From Antedon mediterranea (taxonomy: Eukaryota > Animalia > Echinodermata): 64,000 nt of DNA. Under the pieces are notes generated by a model that was not told the DNA's origin, searched no databases, and worked only from the letters and a program-made list of their open reading frames with translations. The stretch's first letter is position 1. Every line of letters begins with the position of its first letter. The stretch covers positions 2,904,201-2,968,200 of the forward strand of contig NC_092670.1 of NCBI RefSeq assembly GCF_964355755.1, given 5' to 3'. The position numbers and the translations under genes are program-made. Below, one piece after another: positions 38,621 to 51,901 of this stretch.

Positions 38621-40530
38621 CAGGCCCGTAGACAGGGGGGTTTTTTGGGGTTCGGGCGAACCCCCCCTTTTGCGCGAACCCCCCTTTTACCAGCGAACCC
38701 CCCTTGAAAAACAAAGGCCCCACTTCCAAAATCGTGCAATTAATTATCAATTATAGCAGATTTTTTGGTCATTTTACTTCTATTGACTATGTTTAAATCG
38801 ATCGAATATACAGAATGTCCGATGTCAAAGTCACTGCTGAGCGTGAGATCGAGAGATTGTTGAGAGATGATGGTTATAAATATGACAGAAAAATGGACTG
38901 ACCAATCGCGTGCTTCGGCCGGGCTTTTCGGAACGCACAAGATCACGTTCAGTTCAGTTCAATCTTTTTGGGGATTTTTATTTTTTTCCTGGAAATATTT
39001 TTCATTAAACCAAAGAATTTCACTGTGTAAACTTGAATAAAAATGGTGCTGAGTTAAATTGGTACGTGTACGTAGGCCTACCGTATATTTCGGTGTATAA
39101 GACGCACTTTTGACACGCAAATTTGACCTCTAAATGTTACCCTAATTAATTTAATTACCTACTAATACTTAAATTAATTTAAAATAGTGTACTACTCTGC
39201 AATGTAGGCCTAGCTAGTTACTCACTCCTGTCTAACCACAGTGTGGTAACAAGTTTATTGAATTTTTAGTTAAGGTAAATTGTCATCCTCGACTGTATTA
39301 ATTAATATTACAGTACGCATTAGATACCAGGCCTAGTAATACTCTCTGAACTCGTGGGTGTGTTTTCTTGCAGCATGCAGCATCACAGCGCAACACATTT
39401 ATGGAAGAGTCCATTAATTACGGTGGTGTCACATTTTAATTACACAATAACTATTTCCATTGATCACGGTGGTTTATTTTTATTACCGTACATCTCTATG
39501 TCAACAATCACATAATTTTATAATCATGTAGGCAATAGTTCGTATGTCAAGCGATATCTAAAAGAGTGTGTTGTTATTGTGTTAAGTAGCTTCCCCTAAT
39601 ATCATAGTGTATATGGCCAACAGTGCTGGCCACCAGGCAAGGAGCACATGGTTAGTGTTCTCCTCTCCTCATATTGCTGTAATGCATGCATGGAAATAGG
39701 AAAGATTTTCATATAGGCCTACCCAACATATTCCTGGTTCATTATCAGCCCAAAAAACTGAACATAATTTGGATTGATTTTATAATGGTCATACACACAA
39801 TAAGAAGGTATATATTTAAATAATATGAAATTAAAGTTACTTAAATAGACATAGGCTAGCCCTACCCACACAGTGCATCGTAACTGAAACAATATGGGGA
39901 TTTCCCTTTTCATTGAACGTTCAGTTGAAGTAGAGACTGATTACGATGTAATAAAGGCAATCAAACAAAATTATATCATTTGATTTTAATAAATATGTCT
40001 CAAATATCGTTGTTTTATTATTAAAATACCATTGTTTTGATTGTAAAATGTTTAAATTTCGGCCTAGAAATAAGTGCGTCTTATGCATCGACTACATAAA
40101 AAATACTAATATTTCAGTCTCCGTTATGGGTGCGTCTTATACACAACAGGTGCGACTTGTACACCGAAATATACGGTACTATTTGTTTTTTATGTTTATA
40201 GGATAAGAAATTATTTAAGGGCCTAATATAATATACTTTTTTGCAACAATAAAGCTGTATTTCATGATCAGTACTACTAACTTCCATAATACTGTACTAT
40301 ATAATTTCTCTGCATAACTCAGATTTTAGTAGGTAAAAAATGTCTCTGTAAGCTTATTAAAACAACCGAAATTGCTCTGAGAGCCAAAGCTTCCAGGGGC
40401 CTTCGCCCCCTGGACCCCGACCGGGGGCCCTTGGCGGCCCCCTGGCCCCCAGCCTACAGTTGCTCACTGCGCTCGCAAAATACTTGGTGTCAAGAAAACC
40501 CCCCTCTGATGCATTCTGGCTACGGGCCTG
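38621..40530. mobile_element. hAT-like non-autonomous element with 5-bp TSD (hAT5-type)
   Basis: gaata|caggcccgtag ... ctacgggcctg|gaata. Confidence 0.75.
39081..40176. mobile_element. pogo/Tc2-like (Tc1/mariner) MITE nested in the hAT element
   Basis: ta|ccgtatatttcggtgtataagacgcac ... gtgcgacttgtacaccgaaatatacgg|ta. Confidence 0.85.
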
Positions 40531-40849
40531 GAATAAAAGGTAACTGATATGCCGATCCAATAACATGCCGCAAAGAAAAAAATTGCGACAGAATTCTGGA
40601 GCGCGTGTGAAAAAAGACTTACGTCGGACAATTGTAATACTAGGCCTAAAATTAAACTTTAGCTAATAATTTTTATTATGCTTAGCCCTAACCTAGATAA
40701 GAGGCCTATGTAGAAAATAATTTAATCAATTTTGATATAATAATAATTGGTGTAATATTTAATAATGATACACTATTCCTGTTTTAGTAAGCTAAGTATA
40801 TTACGAACGATTTTTATTTATTGTTGTCCATGTACGTACTAATAAACGT

Positions 40850-42160
40850 GGCGCTAGTTTCCTTCGCTTGTATTTTTACTCCAAATTTGATAACTAACTT
40901 TATCGTGTGAATACCACACCTTAGAAGTATACCTCATGAGTACTTTAATGAAAGAATCACATAAAAAGTAACAAATAAATCCTTAAATTAATGATTTTAC
41001 AGGCGTGTTTCTCGCACACTGTTCGCGAATTTCACTTATTCAATGTTCAATATTTTTGTTTCTATGGAGCGCCAAAAGAGCAACGATAATAGAGGACTAA
41101 AACTCAGTAGAATGCGTCAATTTCTCATGCATTTATTGGTGAAAAACACGTTTTATTTCAATATATTTGTTAATTTGTCAATAAAAATGTTGTAATATGT
41201 TACTGCTGATACTGTTCTGTTTTCTTCAAAGAATAATAATCGATCCTAAATCAACATCACTACCTAGTCTAGACCTAGGACATCCTACTAAGGATATTAT
41301 GATGAATTTTTCTATTTTATTCTTTAAAAGGTTAACGAAACCGTGTACATTATCAACAGTAACATTTTTCCTTACTGACAGTGACAAAATCTATTGAAAT
41401 TGTACTTGATTTTCACCAAATAATGCGTTAAATATAAATGGATTCCACAGAGTTTTTAGCCCTCTAATTAATTTTGCTCTTTTGGCGTTCCATAGAAACC
41501 AAAATATTGAACATTGATTGTGCGAAATGCGAGAAAAACAACGTCTGTAAAATCACCAATTTAATGGATTTATTGTTACTTTTATGTGATTTTTCTTCAT
41601 TAAAGTAGGCCTACTAATTCTAAGCTGTGGTATTCAGGATGGGGGGAGCTCGAGGAGTTACATTACAGTATACAAAGAAACACATCTGTAAAATCATCAA
41701 TTTAAAGGATTTATTTATTTGTTATTATGTGTTTCTCCTTCTGAAAGTACTTATAAGTCCTAATTTTAATGTGTGGTGTTCAGGATAAAGTTAGTCAACA
41801 AATTTGGAGTCAAAATACAAGAAAGGCAGGTGCGTAAGAAAAACATCCTCTGAACCAACACAATGGAGTAAATATATACCAACAAACAACCCGTCAAGTT
41901 TGTTTGTTGTAAAGAAAAAATATACATTCACTCAACGGGCGAAAATAATGTGAGTTTATCTATGTTTTGCGGTAGTATTAAATTATATTTATGGTAATAA
42001 ATGAAACCTACTGTGTTTAAAATTATGTATGGATAAACAAGTATTGTTTTTAAGCTGTAGTATATCTTAGTATTTGTAATCTTAGGTGTTGGGTCTTAGC
42101 TTTCGTGATCTTAGGTCTTAGGGGGTCTGAGCTTTCGTGGTCTGAGCTTTCGTGACACCC
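40850..42160. mobile_element. Second, rearranged copy of the 1-1064 foldback family
   Basis: 41645-42138 is an almost exact reverse complement of 1-500 and ends ...cgtgacaccc. 40860-41640 resembles 320-930. Confidence 0.8.
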
Positions 42161-42170
42161 TACTTTATAC

Positions 42171-42190
42171 CAGGGAGTTGTAACTCCCTG
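42171..42190. mobile_element. 20-bp palindrome with 7-bp duplication (P-type footprint)
   Basis: tttatac|cagggagttgtaactccctg|tctatac. Confidence 0.5.
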
Positions 42191-42412
42191 TCTATACTAG
42201 AGTGGTATAGGCTATCACAAGTTTATTAATATTTGTTATATGTTTTTAATCAGATTATTTTTTTATTTCTCTCATTTTTTTACAGCATAGTCAATGCATG
42301 AAGTAAAGGTCAATGGTTACACCATGCTATACATGACATCAAAATACATCTTTATAATAATTAATTGAGGATCTTTTGTTAGTTGACGTATTATGACACG
42401 AAAGTTGTAAAG

Positions 42413-42597
42413 ATGTCAAGGGTATTGTTGATTGAGGCGTTCTATGCTGGCTCCCACTCTCAGTTGATCGACACTCTTGAGAAAGGCCTAGAAGGATGCG
42501 CTGTCAAATACACTTTGCCAGGGAAGAAGTGGCATTGGAGAGCACGGACATCAGCTCTATATTTTTCCGAAGTAATTTCACCTAGCCAAGAATACAG
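42413..42597 (+). CDS. GTDC1: Glycosyltransferase-like domain-containing protein 1 (tRNA-queuosine mannosyltransferase), coding exon 1
   Basis: [20 protein letters not shown]...[19 protein letters not shown]; donor ag|gttaag. Confidence 0.93.
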
Positions 42598-43394
42598 GTT
42601 AAGAGTTGTGCATTATATTTTGACAGCAAAGGTCATAATCTTTATTTTTTTATCAATACCCTTTCTGTTGTAATAACAGAGGTGCCAACTTCAAAAAGTA
42701 AAAATCGAGGAAACAATTTTGAAGATACCCAAACAATAGAGGTTACCATAAAAGTTAGAAAATATTCATCGGAATATAATAGAGGGCGCTATTAAAAACA
42801 ATCATCAGCATTTGCATAATTAAAATATTTATTAAAATAGTATTGTATTTACCCTATATGCTATATGTAAAAGTACACCAGATATTCGCCTACCTGGGAA
42901 ATTCTTTCCCACTTGGGGCAAATCCAATGTATATATATATATCCCGTATCAATAATATAGTACTTGCTTATAATAGCCGTCTATATTGTCACCATGGCAA
43001 AACTGCCCTGATTTCAGGTTTCTCCCAACCATCTGCGCATGCCCCAGACGTCCATATGTCATGCATACTAAATCAAGGCGCCCGTAGATGGTTGGTATGT
43101 TCAGGTCATTCATTCATTGGCCAGCCCCCTGGGATCGATACTACAATATTAAACAATGGATATGCCAGAGGTTACCGGACTCTGCAAACTGGGAAAATTT
43201 GTTACTAAAATCCAGTTTTACCTATATTTAACAAACAAGCTACTAGTAGAGTAGTAGTAACCTAAATATTAAATCATTCATTTAGATGTTTTTTCCATGT
43301 AATAATAATAATCTGGAGAAATTGTCCTTATTAGCAGGAAGTAAGAGATGACTCAAAATATCGGGGAACTGTAATAAACAATATTATTATACAG

Positions 43395-44692
43395 ATTATT
43401 ACTTGACAAAGGTGTCCCACGCATTGATATTGTTGCACTGGACTATAGTCGTGCATTTGATTCCATTTCGCACTCTACAATGATTTCCAAACTGAAAAGA
43501 ACCTATGGAATTGGTGGTTCCATGTTGCCTTGGTTGGAATCATTTTTAACTGAACGTAAGCAACAAGTTGTTTTTAACGGAAAGATGTCCGGCAAGAGTT
43601 GTGTAATATCAGGGGTTCCTCAGGGGTCTGTGCTTGGACCCCTGTTATTTAACATATATGTTAATGATCTACATATGCACCTACGTGCAAAACCATATCA
43701 ATATACAGAGACGACACTTGCATTGCTAAATGTATAATGACGGAGGAAGATAGTTTATCTCTGCAACAGGACATTGACACGATCTCCTGGTGGTCAGCAC
43801 TTAATTCACTTTCCATTAACCCTAATAAATGTCAAGTGCTGTCATTGTCCAGAAAACGAGATCCCGTTGTTCCATCTTGCATTCTAAATGGACATGAACT
43901 CATGAACGTTAATGACATTACGTTACTTGGTGTGGTAATATCCCATAATTTGTCATGGGCACATCAGGTAGATAATGTAACTTTGAAATGCAATAGGATG
44001 TTAGGTTTTATACGATCAATTGCCACAGGTTGTTCTACATCTGTTTTACTTAAACTTTATAAATGTCTTGTTCTTCCCCATATTCAATATTGCTCCCCTG
44101 TTTGGTATCCTTATCGTCAATGTCATATTAATAAGATAGAGAAAATTCAAAGAAGGGCAAGTCGATTTATCCTTCATCAACGAATCTTAGATCAGCCATA
44201 TTCTGACCGATTAACTAGACTGAAATCAAATCGAGATTATTTTACCGTTATTTTTGTTACAAATATATTGTATAAATTACAGAATAGTTTTATTTTAAAT
44301 ATGTTGACTATCAATTGTAGGCATTTGGATGTTCTAACTTTTAAACATCTTGCATTCAAAACTGATAGGAAAGCATTGTATCCCAACCAGATTTATTCGT
44401 TTGTGGAATTCACTATCGGTCAATATTAAAGACGCCTTTGTATGCGGAAGTTGGGTACAATTTAAAAACATGTTAATGGACCACTTTAAAAACACTATGC
44501 CTCTTTAATGTATATAATTATGGTATTAATATTACATATTTACATTGTTTTATGTTTTAATGTATGCTTTGAGTGCTGGTGTGGCACACCTTATGACGAC
44601 AGTGGTCCTTTGACCTCTTTTGCCACTCCTTGGCACACTCAAAGTTTATGTATTGTTTTAATGTTGCTAAAATTAGATAAAATAAAATAAAA
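43395..44692 (+). mobile_element. 5'-truncated LINE (CR1/L2-group) reverse-transcriptase fragment in GTDC1 intron 1
   Basis: LDYSRAFDSISH, SGVPQGSVLGPLLFNIYVND, frameshift at the YADD motif, LQQDID, LGV, YCSPVWYPY; (AAAAT)n tail. Confidence 0.9.
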
Positions 44693-44721
44693 TTATTAAC
44701 TGTTCACTTTTCTTCCCTTAG

Positions 44722-44889
44722 AATTTTGTTTACCAGTTCAGTATTAAATTTAGCAGAGTTGGTAGCACTGCGACCTGATTTGTCTCGGCTGACCAAGATT
44801 GTTTACTTCCATGAAAACCAGCTGGTTTACCCTGTCCGAAAACAAAAAGACAGAGATTTTCAATATGGATATAATCAAATAATAACATG
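44722..44889 (+). CDS. GTDC1: GTDC1 coding exon 2
   Basis: ILFTSSVLNLAELVALRPDL...YFHENQLVYPVRK..DRDFQYGYNQI; AG/GT flanks. Confidence 0.93.
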
Positions 44890-45595
44890 GTACTGTACAT
44901 TTATTGTTAGTTTTTAAATTTATAGTAGGGAATTGAGAAGGATAGCAGGGGTGGATCCACGATTTTGAAATATAGGGGTGGGGAGAAGGAGGCTCAGACA
45001 CAAGCATTTGAGCGTTCGGTAAATACCTAGATAGTCAGAAAAGGTACTCGCACATAAAATTTATGATAAAATGGCACCTCTCACTAATCTAGTTGGCCCG
45101 GGAGTGTGTTTTTTTTCCAGGACGAACGTGGGCAGAAGTCATGATTTCTGCCCACGTTCGTCCTGGAAAAAAAAATTACGCGGCCCGGGAAGGACGTGCG
45201 CAGAAAACAGCAAAACGATCATACTTTTTCTGGCTGGTAAAACACAGTGACGTAACATTTTTTGCATATGTTGCGCATGTTCTGTGTGTAGGTAACTGCT
45301 GATTGTTTGATCGTACTTTACACAGTGTTGTGTTTTAATGGTAATTTTAAAGTTGTCATCCTGAATACTTACAGACTATTCCCCTTGATTTTCAGAAAAA
45401 TCAACAATATTGTTGACGTCCCAAATGCTTATTTTAATCTGCAGTTATCTTTATCTCTCTTTATTTTGAAAAGTATTTTGCTCAGTCCATAATTTATTCT
45501 TCTATCTATGCCCAGATGAGGTCAATATTTATATGCAAAGGAAAACTTTATACTGTATAAAATTTATTTAATGTTAATTTACATTTTTCTTTTAG

Positions 45596-45961
45596 TTTAA
45601 CTGCTGACATTGTTTTATTCAACTCAAAATACAACATGGAATCTTTCTTGTCATCAATTGGGACATTTTTAAAACTTATGCCTGACTTCCGTCCTAAAGG
45701 CCTCGCTGAAAAGATACGACCAAAATCAAAAGTGTTGTATTTTCCAATAGAATTTCCAATAATGAATGATCCAATAGCAGATGTTATGGAAGGACTGACG
45801 TTAGCGGAACAGGCCAGTTCATTACATGAAAGTCAGGAGGTGTTTGAAAAATCCAAAGACAGGGCTATTAAATCAGGTGTCACCGGAGAACAGACAGTTA
45901 GCTGCAGTTCAGTTTTATCACAATTGTCATCCCCATTAAAAATAGTATGGGCTCATAGATG
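45596..45961 (+). CDS. GTDC1: GTDC1 coding exon 3
   Basis: [34 protein letters not shown]...VLYFPI...[10 protein letters not shown]. Confidence 0.92.
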
Positions 45962-46034
45962 GTACAGTCCTAGTGCATGTTTTGACTGCATCACTTATTT
46001 AGACTGCTATAATCATTTGAGTGCTATGCTTATT

Positions 46035-46514
46035 TAGTCTGCTATACTTATTGACACTGCTATACTTATTTACAGTGCTGTACTTATTTGACTGCTATAC
46101 TTATTTGACTGCTATACTTATTTGACTGCTATACTTATTTACACTGCTGTACTTATTTACACTGCTATACTTATTTACACTGCTATACTTATTGACACTG
46201 CTGTACTTATTTACACTGCCATACTTATTTACACTGCTGTACTTATTTGACTGCTATACTTATTTGACTGCTATACTTATTTACTCTGCTGTACTTATTT
46301 ACACTGCTGACACTGCTGTACTTATTTACACTGCTATACTTATTGACACTGCTATACTTATTTACACTGCTGTACTTATTTACACTGCTGTACTTATTGA
46401 CACTGCTGTACTTATTTACACTGCTGTACTTATTTACACTGCTGTACTTATTTACACTGCTATACTTATTGACACTGCTGTACTTATTTACACTGCTGTA
46501 CTTATTTACACTGT
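46035..46514. repeat. 18-bp minisatellite (ctgctgtacttatttaca)n in a GTDC1 intron
   Basis: About 27 units of 16-18 bp seen directly. Confidence 0.95.
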
Positions 46515-46592
46515 CTGAATTTTTACTATTTTGTGCCTAGTTTACCTGGATTTTTTAGTAGTGGTACTTATTCACATTTTTTCCTTTTGTAG

Positions 46593-46702
46593 GGAACACG
46601 ACAAGAATCCTGACCTTTTTTTTAGAACACTTTATAAACTTCTAGATAGTGGAGAAGACTTCAGGATTTCTGTTCTTGGGGAACATTACTCAGAAATTCC
46701 AG
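46593..46702 (+). CDS. GTDC1: GTDC1 coding exon 4
   Basis: EHDKNPDLFFRTLYKL...FRISVLGEHYSEIP; AG/GT flanks. Confidence 0.92.
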
Positions 46703-46755
46703 GTAATTATAAAGTCAGTAGAGGGCAGTGTTAAAAAATATTGTCTGCGATTTAA

Positions 46756-48519
46756 AGGGGGATTCTGGGTTTAAAATTGCTTTTAAATATCGTTTATTTA
46801 TTAAATAAAAAATATTATAACAATATAGACATGTCAGAATGAAGAAGTAATAACGGGAAATTAAAAAAATTAAATTTCATATACATTTTAGGGTAAATTC
46901 ATGGAAAGTCTGTTTTTCAGCAGCTTAGGGAAGTCCATTAATATTCATGAGATATTCACAAAATCACGTCATCAGTGGATTCCAAACTCGCGACGTCAAG
47001 CTTGTACGTTGTGTTTTCTCTCCCCTGTCAAACGACGACCACCCGATCATTGTGAAATACATTTTTTGTAGATTTTCTAAGCTAGGCCTAAAGTGTAATA
47101 ATAACAGTAGTAGCATATATTTATTTGACATTTAATGAAATACAAAATTTAGTACAGATTACGGAGTCACAAATTATACTATTTTTATACCTCGAATAGT
47201 ACAGATCGTATATCGGCTTCACGTACGTACTAGGCTAGGCCTGGATAAGCAAGCCTGCGAGCTACAGCGGTTTTAATTGTTTTTGCTTTAATATCCTTGC
47301 CTCCTTAGATTTTCACCTGTCTTGTTTTTGTTACCTTGTTTTAAATGTATTTCGATTTTAAAGGCTAAATAAAGAATGAATGAATGAATGAAGGCCTAGC
47401 CTAAATCATTATTCATGGGTGAGAGTCATTTCTGACTAGGGATTCCATGCCACGATGGCTACGTTAAAACATTGGGGCCATCATTCATGGGCCTAGCCAG
47501 CCTATTACTAAACGATTGGCCCATAAATAACAAAAGTCAGTGGATTCCAAACCCATCCTATCAACCAAACTCCTAAACAATCTAAACCTAAAACGTTCTA
47601 CAAAAATCGGCTGTAAATATTGAGGCAAAACAAGGTCCGATCGCCGTCCACACGTATGGTGTCCCGATCGTCTAATAAGTAGGCCTGAAATAGGCCTAGT
47701 TTACTCTCCAAAAAAGCGGATACTGCATCAAGCAAGTAGACCGGTAGTAGAAAGGAGACCTAGCCTATCCGGCCCAGTTAAAAATTGAGCTAGCTAGTGT
47801 AGTAGACCCTATGCGAATTGATACTACCAGGCCTTTTACTATAGGCTACACTTGTTAAAATTAGCAATACTGTACTTATGTTTACAAATATTCCAACTCT
47901 CTCATTCGAGCTATATTATCTATACCATTCCGGTAGGTCGAGTCGACCTTCAATCAAATACTGTACATCGTTCATGTTGTAATTTAGACCGGGTATACTC
48001 GACCCGACCAGTTTGGTATTGTAAACTGTATCTGCTTATCACGTGACGATGCCAGGCATGGGCAGAGAGAGCACGTGTATCGTCGTTTCGCTCTCCTCGC
48101 TCAGCAGGAATGTATACGTTACGCTTCATTGATTTTGAAGGCTTTCCCTAAGTCAGTGCGAAAATCGGCAAACGTAAAGTGCAAACTTATCTAATTTTTC
48201 ACTGTTTTGATGGATTTTCATAGAAAATTGACTTTATAAATGGGAAGACCGACTAAAATTACATCAGATAAGTATAATTTTACAAAAGTAATTGATATGG
48301 TTAATGATAACGAGTCGTCGGAAGATTGACCATTTCACGAATTTCCTATTCTGTAACCACATTGTGATTTTGCCGTAGCTGCACTTGTAATCTGGCCTCA
48401 TTTCACAGCCTTCGTTCTGCTTCACTGGGCGCTTATATAAATTGAAACTTTTACTGTTCAAGAGACAAACAAATATATTTTACATTTTTTACTATTCATT
48501 TTAAACCCGGAACCCCCCT
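46756..48519. mobile_element. Kolobok-like non-autonomous element with TTAA TSD
   Basis: ttaa|agggggattctgggtttaaaat ... attttaaacccggaacccccct|ttaa. The empty site is visible in the tandem duplicate at ~48612-48745. Confidence 0.85.
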
Positions 48520-48880
48520 TTAAAAACATTAAATATCATTTATTTGTACTGCCACTGTTTAACATTCCTAAAGAAGCTAGAATAAATTATTGTATTCTTC
48601 AAATTCGATAAAATCAGTAGAGGGCAGTGTTAAAAAATATTGTCTGCGATTTAAAAATATTATAAAATATATCATTTATTTGTACTGCCACTGTTTAACA
48701 TTCCCAAAGAAGCTAGAATAAATCATAGTATTGTTCAAATTTGATTGAATAGCGACTCTGTGTAGTACGGCGGAACAGCACTAGTCCCTGAATTACACAT
48801 GTGCACTAGAGATCAGATTGATACGCCCTAATCTTTCAGTATTTTAATTCACAAAGTGGGATCTACCTGTTTTTATATAG

Positions 48881-49025
48881 ATATTTTCACTGAGGCTTAT
48901 GAGAGTCTGAAAGATAATATAGTTCATTGGGGTTATCAGCAGTCAAAAGAGGACTACTATCAAGTATTGATAGAGGGCGATGTTGCTGTATCAACAGCCA
49001 AGCACGAGTTTTACGGTGTTGCAAT
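48881..49025 (+). CDS. GTDC1: GTDC1 coding exon 5 (gene continues beyond; later exons not found in this window)
   Basis: [49 protein letters not shown]; at|gtgagt donor. Confidence 0.92.
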
Positions 49026-49681
49026 GTGAGTAGTTTTAATTATTGTTTAACAGTTCGATTAGGCCCTCTACAGACACACAGAAGCCATGGTCCAGATGCC
49101 TATCATAAACGACAGGAGCTGAAATGGACCAGTACATTGGGGTAACCCCCTAAACTCTACCGTAAGATGTTTTTTTTTTAATGTACACAAGGCCTATGGA
49201 CTCCAGTTTTAAGTTTTTTCCAAGATGTCTTGTTGTAGCACCAGAATAATATTCAAGGAGAGCCTGGAACCTGTACTAATATGGAATAGCCACTCTATAA
49301 TTTCTTTGCGTTCACCATTATAGCTTTACTCCGATTATAAATTTTGAAATAGTTACTGGAAGCCTGATGTATATTTATTACGTCAGAATGTATAAACAAA
49401 ATATTCAAAAATTCTATTAACTAAAAGTTGAAGTAAATCACGTCTCTGGTCCATTCTCAGTTGCCACACTTGTGTTGTTTACTCTGAAATAGCCGTTCCA
49501 TAATCTCTTTGCTTTCTCGTGTCCATTCTACAGTTATCACAGATTGATTAGTTTAGTCATACCCAGTATTGTTTTGGTTTTACAATTAATTGAGAATATA
49601 CCTCATGCAAGTATTTAATTAGGCCCTGTTTCTGCTGCCAACTAAATACCGTATATTATACGGTATTTTTTGAATACCGTA

Positions 49682-51901
49682 CAGGGCTGCAAATTAAGGG
49701 GTATTTGGTCGCATTTGCGACCTAATTTTTCTGTTTGCGACTAAAGAAACAGAATAAGTCGCGCATAGCGCGACAAGATCGTCTGCTTGTGCAAGTTGTT
49801 TCAAATTGAAGTCGGGTGTGTTTTCCCTATTTCAAACACTGTGTAATTTAATCTCTCTACTACGGAAGGCTCAGGAGTTTCCACTAGTCACCGCCGCCGC
49901 CGCAAAGGAGTCGGGTTCATTCAGGCGTACAAAGCCCTTAAACATTTTACACTCGTTGTGATTGGAAGTTCGTCCATTTAATGCATGCTGCCTTACTCAA
50001 TCACACAAAAGGACACCAAACACACAGCACAGTGTGACGCGCGGACGACACAAACCTCGTGGAAAAATCACCTCCGTTTTAAGAAGGAATATAAAAACAA
50101 TTGTACCTAGCCAGGGCGGGCGCAGTAGATACAAAGGATTGTCGCCGCGCAGTCATCAGCATTTTTTAGGCAGTATAAATGGTTATATCATGATTAATAA
50201 ATAATGTAATTAATGATATATATAATAATATCTATTCATTATATAGATTAAACAGCAGTATTGTTTATCAGTAGATTTAATACTTTATTCCAGATTCTGA
50301 TTATCGAAAATTATATATCAGAGAAAATACCGCAACTTTTCCTACGAAGCAGCTTCGTAGATAAAACAGGCTACGTTGTTGGCTTTGTAGGTTACATTGT
50401 TTGGCTTCGTTAGTAACCTCAATAAACAACCTCACGATGTTCTTAGTAAGTAACAAGGTGTGAAAATTATTATTTAATGTGTTTTTTTTTACTGGCGGAG
50501 GAGGACCAATTTGTAAATTACTAAGAAATATATAATATAATATTTTTTATTCGTAAATGTTTCATTCGTGTGTGTTTTTTTACTCTCAACGGCGAATATA
50601 AATTTCCCACAATGTAAACGTAGAGACACGATCCAACACAATGAACTATGCCAACTAATAAAAATAATATAGCGAACGTCCAGTCGATCTAGAAACAAGC
50701 AAACAAAAAGATCGTAAACAATTCATTCTAAATATAGTATCAGAACGTTCAATCGGTCGCTCAAAAAGACTGCCAACAGAAGACCGTAATTAATACACAC
50801 CTAGTTTTTTGGTCACCTGTAATGAAACGCGATACTCTGTTTTACCACCGCAAACCTCTCGCACGAGGGGGATGGCTACAAAACAGTGTACCTGAATTTT
50901 GCGTCACATGAAACGTAATACATCTCTAAACTGTTCCCACGGTTCGCACGTTTTTCCCCTCCAAATTCTGGTCGGGTCTTTTGTCGTAATAATAATTTAC
51001 AAAGGCCTATGTTAAATCTTAACATGGAATATATATTTATTTTGCATATATTTTGTTGGTGTCCTAGCCAAGGTGTTGTTTTTATAATTCGCTAAACCAA
51101 GGTAGGATTGAATCATGTAGGCCGCCGAAACTCTCTCTGCGTGAGCTGAGGGCCTCGGGCCCGATTTCGTCTCGTCGGTGGATGTCCTGCCAAATTAAGA
51201 CAACCGATGTGTAGGGCGGCTACAAAAATTAACGTCTAGGAGTTTAATTAGCCAACAATACATGTTTGTTTCCATTGTTTATGCTCCTAACTAAAGGCGA
51301 TGCCATTGGTGTTTACAAATTACTAACCCTACAAACCACCCTACGATCGACGCGTAGATATTATCATAAAATCGTAGGCATGCCAACGAACAATACTTTG
51401 GAAATTACAGGATATGTTTAGCGAACAATGACCTACGATCTATTTACGCGTAGGCTATGAAAGGTTACGCGTATATACAAAGCAGTAATTTCTTTCTGTA
51501 CCGTAAAAATAATAGATATTGCGTGAATATAACTGGCGCATCAGGACCAGTGCCTAAATGTGCATAACCCAAATTAATTGAATTCTTCAGTGCTGAATTT
51601 TTATGTGCTCAGAAATCGATTGAAACAACCTATAATTACTCAAAAATCCCCCCCCTAAAGCGGGCCATTGGCAGCCCCCTGACCCCCAGCCTAAGGTTGT
51701 ACTGTATTTCATTTTTATACACCACCCCCCCCCCCCCCACTAAACTAAAAACGGATCTGCGCGGATGGGGTTTGAGGGAAGGGGGTTAGTTGTCGATGAA
51801 AAGGTGCTACTAAAAAAATTGGTGGTGCTACCAAAAATTATTATGAGCCATCATACAAATTTGATAGTGCTACCAAGTAAAAAAGTTAATTTGCAGCCCT
51901 G
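49682..51901. mobile_element. hAT-like non-autonomous element with 5-bp TSD (hAT5-type), nested
   Basis: ccgta|cagggctgcaaattaa ... ttaatttgcagccctg|ccgta. Confidence 0.85.

Noticed and set aside
45760-45930. Poorly conserved ~55-aa stretch in GTDC1 exon 3 as a novel domain
   Set aside because: Animal GTDC1 proteins have a variable linker at this position, as I recall, and nothing distinctive is visible.
46192-46540. LYLFTL / AVLIYT periodic ORFs
   Set aside because: Products of the intronic 18-bp minisatellite.
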